Program-made: the position numbers and the translations under genes | Source of the DNA: a virus | Virus record (IMG/VR): IMGVR_UViG_3300024265_000031 | Reading direction: 5' to 3' (one strand) | DNA length: 64,000 bases | Notes under the pieces: model-generated | The model's input: only the letters and a program-made list of their open reading frames with translations | What the model was told of the DNA's origin: nothing | Database searches by the model: none | Shown: piece by piece, positions 47,389 through 56,777 of the stretch | Position numbering within the stretch: position 1 is the first letter of the stretch | Layout of the letters: each line of letters starts with the position of its first letter

Positions 47389-47497
47389 AGTTATTGACTG
47401 TAAATATTAACTAAGTTTTATAGCTAGGCAGATAGACAAGCATAATTACCTTGTTCGAACAGATAGCCTCTCCTATCCTTCTGTCTAGCTTAAAATA

Positions 47498-48595
47498 TTG
47501 AGAGATTATGTGAGGATAAAAATGTCGCGGAAACAAAAAGTATTTTTAAAAGATGCAAAAGAAAGAGTATTCAATAAACATGGAAACAATATAGAAATTC
47601 TTGAATATACATACATTAGCGCTCATGCGAAATTTAAATGTAATGTTTGTGGGAATATATGGGAATCTGAAGCAAGATCTATGTGTAGAGGTCATGGATG
47701 CCCAAGGTGTTCTGAGAAGGCAACGATAAAAAAACTTACATTTAATATAGAATATGTGAAATCATTTATTGCCAATGCTGGTTGTGAACTTATTTCTAAA
47801 GAATATGTTAATTCAAAGACACCTATAAGAATTAAATTTCAATGTGGTTGTATTTCAGAAATGGGATTTAGAAGGTTTAAAATTGGTCAAAGATGCAAAT
47901 GTATGAGAGAAAAGCAGAATAAAATTCGCCGTGAACAAAAAACGAGAAAAAAAACATTGGACACATTAAACAAGATTGGTTTTGAATTTATTTCTTTTGA
48001 AAACAATTGGGCTACACATGCCACTAAGGTTACATATGTATGCAATAGGGAACATTTAGAAACAAAAAGTGTAGCCAGTATTTTAAGAAAAAAAAGATGT
48101 ATTGCTTGTTCAAAAATAAAGTATGATTTGAACAATAAAGGAAAAAATGCCAATGGTTGGAATGGCGGAACTTCAAATCTTAGACAATATGCTCATACTA
48201 AACTATATCTTTGGAGAAAGGCTAGTATAAAAAATAGTGATGGTGTTTGTGTAATTTCAGGCGATAAGTTTGACAGGACACACCACCTATATTCATTAAG
48301 TGCCATAGTAAAAGAAGCCATATCAAATTTGGGGCTTGAAACAAAAGATACGATTGGAGAATATAAAGAAGAAGATTTAGAACTCTTCGCAAAAGAAATT
48401 TTAAGATTGCATGATGTCTATGGCCCTGGAGTTTGTCTTAGGAAGGATATTCATAAAAAGTTTCATGATATGTTTGATTATCGTGGCAATACAATTCCCG
48501 CCCAATTCAAAGAATTCCATCACCTCATCCTTTCTGGCGAAATAAAAATCCCCAACTTAAATATAGAAAAACAAAAGGAACTACAAAATGTCTAA
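47498..48595 (+). CDS. free-standing HNH-type homing endonuclease with zinc-ribbon repeats
   Basis: CNVCG..W...GCPRC; WNGG.S; WRK.S....CVISG...HHLYS...GVCL...H.KFH; probable start MSRKQ at 47522. Confidence 0.8.
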   Translation: MRDYVRIKMSRKQKVFLKDAKERVFNKHGNNIEILEYTYISAHAKFKCNVCGNIWESEARSMCRGHGCPRCSEKATIKKLTFNIEYVKSFIANAGCELISKEYVNSKTPIRIKFQCGCISEMGFRRFKIGQRCKCMREKQNKIRREQKTRKKTLDTLNKIGFEFISFENNWATHATKVTYVCNREHLETKSVASILRKKRCIACSKIKYDLNNKGKNANGWNGGTSNLRQYAHTKLYLWRKASIKNSDGVCVISGDKFDRTHHLYSLSAIVKEAISNLGLETKDTIGEYKEEDLELFAKEILRLHDVYGPGVCLRKDIHKKFHDMFDYRGNTIPAQFKEFHHLILSGEIKIPNLNIEKQKELQNV

Positions 48596-49226
48596 AACAA
48601 AAAGAGCACCTGGAAGACCAAGTAATGCTTCTAAAATAGAAGAATTAAAAGAAAATGAACAATTACTACAAGCAGAACTTGCAGAACTTAGGGCAGCTAC
48701 ACAAGAAAGTGTTGTAGAACCCGAATCAAGGGACAAAATACCCCAAGATGACTACATTACAGTAATATCTCTATGTCCTAATACATTATGCTTATCAAGA
48801 GAAAAGGGAGATAAACAAACAAAAATATTCCGTGAATTTGGTGAATCAAAAAGAATTATATATTCAGTTTTAGTTCAAATTATGGAACATCACCATAACT
48901 TTTTACATGATGGATTTTTCTACATAGCAGACCAAAGAGTTATTAGGGCTCATGGTCTTGATGAAGCTTATTCTAAAATACTAACAGAATCGACAATAAA
49001 AAGGATTGTCAATGGCAATGAAGAAAATATAGAAGAAGTTTTCATGTCCGCCAATAAAGCACAACGAAAATTCATTGTGCAAATGATTATTGAGCGAATT
49101 TTGAATCCTAACATTGAAATGAATTTAAATATGGTTGATAGATTAGAACGTGCTTCTGGCATTAAGATAAACGAAGCCGTAGCTTACCGCAGATATTTAG
49201 AGGACTTAGAAACTGAAGTAGCATAG
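48588..49226 (+). CDS. YonA-like head-associated protein
   Basis: position after the capsid gene; 212 aa. Confidence 0.55.
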   Translation: MSKTKRAPGRPSNASKIEELKENEQLLQAELAELRAATQESVVEPESRDKIPQDDYITVISLCPNTLCLSREKGDKQTKIFREFGESKRIIYSVLVQIMEHHHNFLHDGFFYIADQRVIRAHGLDEAYSKILTESTIKRIVNGNEENIEEVFMSANKAQRKFIVQMIIERILNPNIEMNLNMVDRLERASGIKINEAVAYRRYLEDLETEVA

Positions 49227-49244
49227 CAATAAGAAGGAGGAAAT

Positions 49245-49694
49245 ATGGCAACTACAGCAGAAGAGGTTTTTGACGTTTTTCTTTCGCTTATAAATGACTA
49301 TTCATTAACCTCCTTATTTACGACTTCTGGGTCTGAGAATTTTAATACCTATCTTCAACCCTGGTTGCTTTTTTCAAATCAAGCATTAACTAATGTTGGT
49401 GCAACACTTACATATGTAACTGACTCTCAATCATATACTACCACACTTGCTTCAGAAGAAATATTAATTCTTGCCCAAGTAATGGTAAGATATTGGATGT
49501 CAAAACAAGTAAACAATGTTCTTCAAATGGAAAACATATTGCAAGACAGGGACTTCAAAAGACACTCTGCTGCCCAAAACTTGGATAAAAAAACAGAAGT
49601 TTACAGCAACAAGATTGAAGAGGTTGAACAATTGTTGGGTGATTACGCATATAAAAATAATGCTTGGACTAATTGGGAAAATCAAAGTTATTAA
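49245..49694 (+). CDS. head-tail adaptor
   Basis: T..EVFD.FL..I.DY...EILILA..MV..W...DFK..S.A..L pattern. Confidence 0.65.
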   Translation: MATTAEEVFDVFLSLINDYSLTSLFTTSGSENFNTYLQPWLLFSNQALTNVGATLTYVTDSQSYTTTLASEEILILAQVMVRYWMSKQVNNVLQMENILQDRDFKRHSAAQNLDKKTEVYSNKIEEVEQLLGDYAYKNNAWTNWENQSY

Positions 49695-49709
49695 ATAAGA
49701 GGTGATTCC

Positions 49710-50987
49710 ATGGCATATCCATATTTTACTGCAGGATCACCAACATATTTTGGAAACGCCAAAGATACGGTTAGAAATGAGTTTCAAGCGATGCTTGATG
49801 CCCAATTTTATACGTCAACGTGGGTCAATGTTCAAGAGGAAACGTCTGTTGGTTCTGGTTCATTTGCAGGACTTGATGTTCGTGTGGAATCGGCCATTGA
49901 ATCTTTATCTGGTGAAAAATTAGGGGATGATTTTAAGGTTTTACTTTTTAAAAGTATCACTCATGATACGGGCTTAGGAAAGCTTTATTATTTTAATGAT
50001 AATTATTGGATTGTTTCTCACAGTGAAGTTATAGAAGCATTGGGTGTTTCTTGCACAGTAAGAAGGTGCAATAATATGCTTCGATGGGTAGACGTTAATG
50101 GTAAAGAATTTTCAGAAAAATGTGCAATAGATTATAAAGTTAAACGACCTACTGATTCTGCCAGATCAAGAGCCATTGTTACACCCGAAGGTTTTATAGA
50201 AGTAATGTCACAGGGGAATGACAGAACAAGAACAATAAGGGATGGACAAAGATTTTTATTTGGCAATACTGAAAATCGTATTGGCTATAGGGTGTATGGC
50301 GATGGAGTAAATAATTTTCTCAATCAACAGACATTGGATGATGATTCCGCAAATGTGCTTTATTTTATGATGGGGGTCAACTACGTCAATGACGATACGG
50401 ATGATCTTACAAACGGTATAGCAGATAAATATAAAGAAGCATTTGTTCTATCCGCTTCGCCCACATCCTTTACTGGCAATGTATCTGATTCATTCCAGAT
50501 TACAGCAACATTAACAAGAAATGAAATTCCTGTTACGAAACCAATCACATACATGACCAGTTCAAGTCCTATTGCAACCGTTTCTGCTTCAGGATTGGTT
50601 TCATTGGTAGCAACTGGATCTTGCAACATTTCTGCATCTATGACAAACAATGCAAGTGCTAGTGCAACTATTTTAACTACGGTTTCTGGTACACCAATTG
50701 ATCAAGATGAAATACGTGTTTCTCCGAATCCTGATTTTATTTTACAGGAAGATACTCAAACTTATCTCGTATACGCATGGTCTAGCGGTTCCGTACAAGC
50801 AGATACGTTTACATTTGTTGCAAGTGGTAGCGTGCCCGTTGCCAATTATGCATTGACAACTATAAACGATAATTCATTCTCAATTAAAAATGAAGATAAA
50901 TATTTGGATGCACCGTTGATAATTACATGTACAAGCAGTGAATCTGCAACAAGACGATTGAGTATTGAATTAAGAGGAGCGTGGTAA
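49710..50987 (+). CDS. head closure/neck protein with Ig-like domain
   Basis: YWIV...RRCN..LRW; SS.P.ATVS.SGLV...G...I.AS (Big_2-like). Confidence 0.65.
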   Translation: MAYPYFTAGSPTYFGNAKDTVRNEFQAMLDAQFYTSTWVNVQEETSVGSGSFAGLDVRVESAIESLSGEKLGDDFKVLLFKSITHDTGLGKLYYFNDNYWIVSHSEVIEALGVSCTVRRCNNMLRWVDVNGKEFSEKCAIDYKVKRPTDSARSRAIVTPEGFIEVMSQGNDRTRTIRDGQRFLFGNTENRIGYRVYGDGVNNFLNQQTLDDDSANVLYFMMGVNYVNDDTDDLTNGIADKYKEAFVLSASPTSFTGNVSDSFQITATLTRNEIPVTKPITYMTSSSPIATVSASGLVSLVATGSCNISASMTNNASASATILTTVSGTPIDQDEIRVSPNPDFILQEDTQTYLVYAWSSGSVQADTFTFVASGSVPVANYALTTINDNSFSIKNEDKYLDAPLIITCTSSESATRRLSIELRGAW

Positions 50988-51566
50988 ATGACGAGTGCTA
51001 GTGCCACGAACATTAGACAATCTGTTTATAATAAATATTCAAACTTTGCCCAGGTATCCTACAATTGCATTACCTATCTTATTGAAAATAATGAAATGGT
51101 ATGGAAACTTTTGAAATATGACGATGCTGATGCTTGGAAAGACGATGCTGATCATCCTGATTTGACAAAAGCACAAAAGGGTGCTCTTATTTATGCTGGA
51201 CAAAAGGATGAAACTCAATTCAGAGTGTTTTCAGATATAGGACAAGACCAACCTTGGGAAATAGAAGCTTGTACTTTAAGAATACACCCTGTTGAATTGT
51301 ATCCAACCAATCATATTTGGGGCGAATTAATTCTAGGGTACGAAACATATTCTCATTACGCAATGAACACATTATCAAATTATGAAACGCGTATAGATCG
51401 TATTATTCAAGAACTTTTAAAAACATTTAATGGTGCTGAAGTAGAAAATATTGGTAGAATATTCTTTGATGATAGTGCTTATGGAAGAAGTAAAGTTTCT
51501 ATTGTAGGGCAAATTCCATGGAAGGGGAAAGCCATGACGATGTGTACTCAAGCATTGGGGCAATAA
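50988..51566 (+). CDS. probable tail terminator/completion protein
   Basis: position; KLLKY..DA...RID.I...L...FNG...IG. Confidence 0.55.
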   Translation: MTSASATNIRQSVYNKYSNFAQVSYNCITYLIENNEMVWKLLKYDDADAWKDDADHPDLTKAQKGALIYAGQKDETQFRVFSDIGQDQPWEIEACTLRIHPVELYPTNHIWGELILGYETYSHYAMNTLSNYETRIDRIIQELLKTFNGAEVENIGRIFFDDSAYGRSKVSIVGQIPWKGKAMTMCTQALGQ

Positions 51567-52360
51567 TGAATAACTCAGTGGCTAAAATTTATAAAAGAAA
51601 TAATGACATATGGGGATTGCCACAAGAATATAAAAATATAAAGTTTTCTCCAGTTATGATAAAAGATGTTGAATATTTAGATCTATTATATATGCTGTTT
51701 GGTCAACCAAAAAACTATATACCAGATCGACAAATAATAAAAATGTCATATTTAATGTTCTTGTTATATATAGTTTTTGCTTCAGATCCAAATTCTAAAA
51801 GAGATCCAGAAGATGTGGGAAAAGATTTGATAAAATTTTTTAAGTATATAACCAAAACAGAAGATGTGGAGTTGGGTCAAATTATAAACCCTGAAGCTAA
51901 AGACCCAATAAACAGAAAGAAGTTGTGTATTAGAATAGACGATGTTGAATTTTCAGAAAATGAATTTGATAACATTAGAGAAATAATTTTAGAACAAAAT
52001 GGAATTGGAATCAAATATATAGATGATTACAATCCAGAATTAGAAGCCAAGATGATAGGAATCAATGCAAACAAAACTGGAAAGATTGCGTTGCATGACG
52101 AAGTATTTACTCTTTGTGCTCTATTAGGACAGAGTGTATTTGAGATTGGAAAATATAGTTTATTTCAATTTAAAATGCAAGTTGAAAAGTCTTTTGCCTT
52201 GAATAGTTTTGAGGTTTATAAACCTATGGAGGCATGGGCGGAAATTAAGGGTGGTGTAGATCATTTTCTATTCCATTCTGAAAATAAAGGAAGATATGAC
52301 AGTATTCTTATATCGAAAAATGAATATATGAAGAGTGATATTTTCAAGGCATCAGCATAG
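51566..52360 (+). CDS. tail-associated hypothetical protein
   Basis: TAATG coupling; EFDNIREIILEQN. Confidence 0.6.
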   Translation: MNNSVAKIYKRNNDIWGLPQEYKNIKFSPVMIKDVEYLDLLYMLFGQPKNYIPDRQIIKMSYLMFLLYIVFASDPNSKRDPEDVGKDLIKFFKYITKTEDVELGQIINPEAKDPINRKKLCIRIDDVEFSENEFDNIREIILEQNGIGIKYIDDYNPELEAKMIGINANKTGKIALHDEVFTLCALLGQSVFEIGKYSLFQFKMQVEKSFALNSFEVYKPMEAWAEIKGGVDHFLFHSENKGRYDSILISKNEYMKSDIFKASA

Positions 52361-52388
52361 AAAATAATTTACAAAAGGAGTTAAAAAT

Positions 52389-53420
52389 ATGGCAGCACAA
52401 GAATATCTAGTTAGTGTAGCTAATGCGATTATACGCGATAGTGCAACTGGCAACGCATTGGTTTATGGTATTACAAATATTAGTTCAGCATTTACGCTGA
52501 CAACAAATAAAACAGAGGTGCGGGGTGGTATTAACAACGCTCTTTTGTATGAATATATTCATGACAGAAACTTGGAAGTAAACATTGAACAAGCAATTTT
52601 CAATGAAACACTTTTGGGATTGAATGTTGGACAAACAGCTTCTACAGCTTCAGTAACGGTTACTGCAACGGATTGTATTGTACTTTCTGGCGGGTCTGGA
52701 AATACTTTATCAACTCCTAATAGTACGACTGTAAGCGTATTCCTTCCTGATGGAACTATTGATAACGTTACACCTGCGGGGTCGGCAATATATGTGGGCG
52801 CTGGAGCTAGTCAAAAAGTTAATGCAGTTTATACAACTGCTCAAACGGCTTCTCAAATTACTGTTGAATCAACAACACCACCTAATGTTGTAGATCTGAC
52901 GCTTGTGGCAGAAGTACGAGACAATACGAATACAATTGTAGACAGTTTGCAAATTAACATTCCGCGTTTCCAAGTCTCAGGTGATTATACTTTGTCGATG
53001 ACTGCCAATGGTGTGTCAAGTGAAACCTTAAATGGTAAAGCTCTTGTTAATGTGTCTGATGATTGTGATACAGAGGATTATTATGCTAAATGTACGTGGA
53101 TACCAGTAGATTCAACAGTATTGGTTTCAAGCATTGCTGCAATCCCATCAACCATTACATTTGATGACGAAAGCCTTCCTGATACAGCCCAAATTACAAC
53201 TTTGGGAATCAAAGGTGGAATTTATCAGAATGTTAATATTACAACTGATTGCACGTATGCAAGAGAAAGTGGAGAAACTGAGATTTCTGTAGGTGGGGCA
53301 ACTGGTTTGGTAACAGCAGCCTCAAGTGGATCTGATGGAGACTCTGCTATAATTAGTTCAACATATTATCAAGCAACTGCTGGATCATTGATTGACTACG
53401 TTACAGTAAATATTACATAA
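52389..53420 (+). CDS. major tail (tube) protein with C-terminal Ig-like extension
   Basis: EVRGG..N.L...HD, QI.IPRFQ.SG...L motifs; strong RBS; upstream of tape measure. Confidence 0.75.
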   Translation: MAAQEYLVSVANAIIRDSATGNALVYGITNISSAFTLTTNKTEVRGGINNALLYEYIHDRNLEVNIEQAIFNETLLGLNVGQTASTASVTVTATDCIVLSGGSGNTLSTPNSTTVSVFLPDGTIDNVTPAGSAIYVGAGASQKVNAVYTTAQTASQITVESTTPPNVVDLTLVAEVRDNTNTIVDSLQINIPRFQVSGDYTLSMTANGVSSETLNGKALVNVSDDCDTEDYYAKCTWIPVDSTVLVSSIAAIPSTITFDDESLPDTAQITTLGIKGGIYQNVNITTDCTYARESGETEISVGGATGLVTAASSGSDGDSAIISSTYYQATAGSLIDYVTVNIT

Positions 53421-53426
53421 TAACTT

Positions 53427-53603
53427 ATGGCTAATTGTGCCAATGGGAAACAAGAGAAAATCAGTGGTGGGCTATTTTATATTTGTCAATATGGCAAACA
53501 TAAAGGAAATCATTGTCAGTTTGTAAGATTGTGTAAAAAAACACAATTATTTAAACAATCTGCCATTAACTGTTCTGATTTCTCAACAAAAAAAGCATAC
53601 TGA
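53427..53603 (+). CDS. 58-aa Cys-rich protein
   Basis: MANCANG...C...C.F.R.C...C, between the tail tube gene and a terminator. Confidence 0.5.
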   Translation: MANCANGKQEKISGGLFYICQYGKHKGNHCQFVRLCKKTQLFKQSAINCSDFSTKKAY

Positions 53604-53607
53604 AATT

Positions 53608-53640
53608 GGGGGTGGGCGTAAAATCCCACTCCCTTATTTT
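53608..53640 (+). terminator. intrinsic terminator
   Basis: GGGGGTGGG-loop-CCCACTCCC followed by TTATTTT. Confidence 0.75.
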
Positions 53641-53663
53641 AATTTTAAGGATGAAATTTATCA

Positions 53664-54263
53664 ATGGATAAAGTAAAAATTAATTTTGAACAAATACAAT
53701 GGATTCCATTCAATATTGGAGAAGAAACCATTCACATTAACCCATATATCTCTTTAAGAAATAAACAGACATTATTGCAATCATATATAAATATGATGAT
53801 GGATGAATCTTTTGATTTGAGCAATAGGTATTTACAAGCTGAATATGGATTAGCTTTGAGTATTGTAGAGCTTTGCACCACAATAGATGTTGATTTTGAT
53901 AGTGAAAACGCTTTTGATATTGAAACTTTTATGAGCAGTGGTATCTGGGAAAAAATTTCAGCCCAAATAAAAAATCTTGCTAGTTTTCAAAATGATATTC
54001 GCAAGGCTCTTTTGATTGCAAGAGAGGACGTTGCATTAGAAAAATCTGTTGGTGTAACCATTGATAAATTGGCTTTATGGCTTTATGGCTTTTTAGAAAA
54101 CATTTCAGAACTTGATTTGTCTGAAGATGGTATAGCTAAACTTTTAGAAAGATTGAGCAAAGAGGCTGAAAAACTTGATCAAATTTTGCCTGTAGTTAAA
54201 CAAACAGAAGAATCGCCAAAGAAAAAGCCTGGAAGACCACGAAAGAAACCAGAAACAGAATAA
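53664..54263 (+). CDS. hypothetical protein (possible tail assembly chaperone)
   Basis: 199 aa in the tail module. Confidence 0.55.
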   Translation: MDKVKINFEQIQWIPFNIGEETIHINPYISLRNKQTLLQSYINMMMDESFDLSNRYLQAEYGLALSIVELCTTIDVDFDSENAFDIETFMSSGIWEKISAQIKNLASFQNDIRKALLIAREDVALEKSVGVTIDKLALWLYGFLENISELDLSEDGIAKLLERLSKEAEKLDQILPVVKQTEESPKKKPGRPRKKPETE

Positions 54264-54264
54264 T

Positions 54265-54450
54265 ATGAGTAAAAGAAAAAGAAATAAGTTGTGCCCTGTT
54301 TGTTGTGAGGGACAACTAAGAATAGCTGATTATCCTCAAAGAAAAGCAAAAATTACCTATATTGATAAATATTTTGAGTGTGATTATTGTGATTATAGCG
54401 AAAGAATAAAGTCATCTGGCAATAGGAGTAAAGAGATTTTTGGAGGGTGA
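54265..54450 (+). CDS. small zinc-ribbon protein
   Basis: CPVC...CDYC. Confidence 0.6.
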   Translation: MSKRKRNKLCPVCCEGQLRIADYPQRKAKITYIDKYFECDYCDYSERIKSSGNRSKEIFGG

Positions 54451-55013
54451 TTATGCCACAAATGAAAAATGATGCTGAACTTTTGGCCATAATGAAAATG
54501 GATATTGCATCAATTATCAATGATGTCACTGAAGTTGTTCAAAGTAAACTTAAGAAAAAAATTGAGACGGAGGTTTATAACAAGAAACATCCAAAGTGGT
54601 ATGTTAGAAGAAAAGAAGATGGGGGTCTTTTGGGAACTTTTACAAGATCGTCAGCTAAAAGTGCAGGAAATAAGATATGGGCTGAAATTTCTCCAAGTAT
54701 TGGCAATATGGTAAATAAACCAGATTTATTTACTCACGGAAGCCATTTTTGGGGTGGAATCACAGACATACGACACTTATTAGTTGATATTATCGTAAGA
54801 GGATTGTCTGGGCCATTATTCAATCAGCATAGAATAACAGGATCAGACGGTAAATTGACCGAAGGAACTCCTGGATGGTGGACTTATCCCAGAGATTTTT
54901 GGACGCCAACAGTAGATTTATTGTATGATGGTACGTGGATGCCAAACAAAATGGAACCAATGTTTAGTAAAAAATTTGGTAGGCAAGGTATTGGTTGGAA
55001 AAGAATTAAATAA
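54447..55013 (+). CDS. hypothetical tail/neck protein
   Basis: I.TEVY....P..Y.R...PR.F pattern. Confidence 0.55.
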   Translation: MIMPQMKNDAELLAIMKMDIASIINDVTEVVQSKLKKKIETEVYNKKHPKWYVRRKEDGGLLGTFTRSSAKSAGNKIWAEISPSIGNMVNKPDLFTHGSHFWGGITDIRHLLVDIIVRGLSGPLFNQHRITGSDGKLTEGTPGWWTYPRDFWTPTVDLLYDGTWMPNKMEPMFSKKFGRQGIGWKRIK

Positions 55014-55029
55014 AAAGGAGCAATAAATT

Positions 55030-55446
55030 ATGGATCCCAATTTTTGGGCTGAATTTGGAATGAATATGGCAAATGCTGTAGCTGGAGTTATGGTGTGGGC
55101 ATTGCCCGTTCTTGTAACAGCATTGGTTGGTTTGGTTGTACAATTTATTCGTGTGCAACAAGCAAAATTAAAGGGCATGTATCCTTCTCAATATGAGATG
55201 CTTGGAAAAGTTGCTGCAACAGCAGTAAAAATAGCAGAACAATTAGGAGTCAAGAATCTTATTGAAAACAAGAAACAGTGGGCTATTGATTATGTTCAGG
55301 TAGAAGTCAATAAACTGGGTCTTGAAGTCAGTATGGAAGAAATTGCCAATATCATAGAGAAAGCTTTGTTTGATGAGATTACAGTTAAGTATGACGCAGA
55401 AAAACTTCTCAGTGATGCAAGTCGTGTTGTTATAAAAGATATTTAA
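55030..55446 (+). CDS. LL-H family phage holin
   Basis: N-terminal TM helix; A..AV..AEQ.....KK..A...V...IE.A. Confidence 0.75.
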   Translation: MDPNFWAEFGMNMANAVAGVMVWALPVLVTALVGLVVQFIRVQQAKLKGMYPSQYEMLGKVAATAVKIAEQLGVKNLIENKKQWAIDYVQVEVNKLGLEVSMEEIANIIEKALFDEITVKYDAEKLLSDASRVVIKDI

Positions 55447-55462
55447 TAATAAATAGTGGGTG

Positions 55463-55502
55463 AATAGAGACAAACATACATAATGTTTGTCTCTATTTTT
55501 TT
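55463..55502 (+). terminator. intrinsic terminator
   Basis: 15-bp stem AATAGAGACAAACAT/ATGTTTGTCTCTATT with T-tract. Confidence 0.8.
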
Positions 55503-55511
55503 GGTTGATAT

Positions 55512-56090
55512 ATGAAAATAGTTAACAAAAAAACAAACATATATTGTATTGGGGATTGTTTAACTGAAGGTATTGGTGCAACAGAGGATCGTAATTATCC
55601 ATATTTTTTACAAAAAATATTAAGAAATAAATATCATGTAGTTAATATGGGTAGAACCATGATAAAAATGGATGCATTAATAAAATATCCAGATTTATTT
55701 ATGCCAGAAAATTCAGGTATTGCGTGTATATGGTGTGGTACAAATGATTTATATTTTCAAGAAAATCCAAACATCGTATTAGAAAATTTAAATACCTATT
55801 GCAAATTGTTACAAAATAAAGATGTGCAACCACTCATTATTACTATATTACCCCGCAGTAATAAAACGCCAAAAAATTTTGAAGATCTTAGGTTAAGGTT
55901 TAATCAACTTGTTAGAGATGCTTACAAGCATGTGGCAGACGTTGCTGAAAACGAAAGAATAGGGTTTGAGGGAAGTGAAATGTATATGCAATATTATTGT
56001 ACCAAAGACAATACACATTTGAACAATCTTGGATATGCATTAGTAGGAAAAATTGTTGCTAAGGCTATAAAGAATATGAGGATAAAATGA
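55512..56090 (+). CDS. SGNH/GDSL hydrolase with Cys at the nucleophile position
   Basis: IGDCLT.G, N.G, GTND and D.THLN..GY motifs. Confidence 0.8.
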   Translation: MKIVNKKTNIYCIGDCLTEGIGATEDRNYPYFLQKILRNKYHVVNMGRTMIKMDALIKYPDLFMPENSGIACIWCGTNDLYFQENPNIVLENLNTYCKLLQNKDVQPLIITILPRSNKTPKNFEDLRLRFNQLVRDAYKHVADVAENERIGFEGSEMYMQYYCTKDNTHLNNLGYALVGKIVAKAIKNMRIK

Positions 56091-56303
56091 GTAAAATAAA
56101 AAAAATGTATTTATTTTTTAAATATTTAATATGCGATTTTTCTGTGCCTATCCATGGCAAAATAAAAGATGCAAAACTTAGAGTAGAACGGGATGAAAAA
56201 TGGAACATAGAATTATCAAAAATGCATCTTGTAAATGGGTTTGTGGTAAGAGATGAGTAAATATTTTTAAATAAAACGATGATTTTATTGTGAGGAGAAT
56301 TTA

Positions 56304-56777
56304 TTGAAAAAATACATCTGGTCTTTTGATTTAAGTTTGTCTAACACTGGGTTTTGTATTTGGGATCTTGATGGAAATCCTCTTCATGTTTTTAGTGTAA
56401 AAACCACAGATAAGCAAAGTCATCCCAATAGATTGCGAACCATAGGGAATTTTATATTGGGTAAAAAAGAAGCATTCCCAACAGAACTTATAGTTATAGA
56501 ATCTGGATTTACTAAATTCAATAAAAGTACACAGGCATTATTTAAAGTGTTGGGTGTTATACAATATTTGTTTTATGACTGCAAACAAATTTTTTATGCT
56601 TCCACTACAATAAAGAAGGCTGTTTGTGGGTATGGAAAAGCAACTAAGGATCAAGTGGCATATATAATATTGCAAGAATATCCTAATTTACAAATAAATA
56701 ATGATGATGAAAGTGATGCCGTGGCTATAGGCGTGTGCCATTTTTTGGAGAATAGATATGCCCAAAAATGTTTATAA
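56304..56777 (+). CDS. ruvC: RuvC-like Holliday junction resolvase
   Basis: DLSL..TG, IE, IKK...G.GKATK, DESDA.A motifs. Confidence 0.85.
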   Translation: MKKYIWSFDLSLSNTGFCIWDLDGNPLHVFSVKTTDKQSHPNRLRTIGNFILGKKEAFPTELIVIESGFTKFNKSTQALFKVLGVIQYLFYDCKQIFYASTTIKKAVCGYGKATKDQVAYIILQEYPNLQINNDDESDAVAIGVCHFLENRYAQKCL

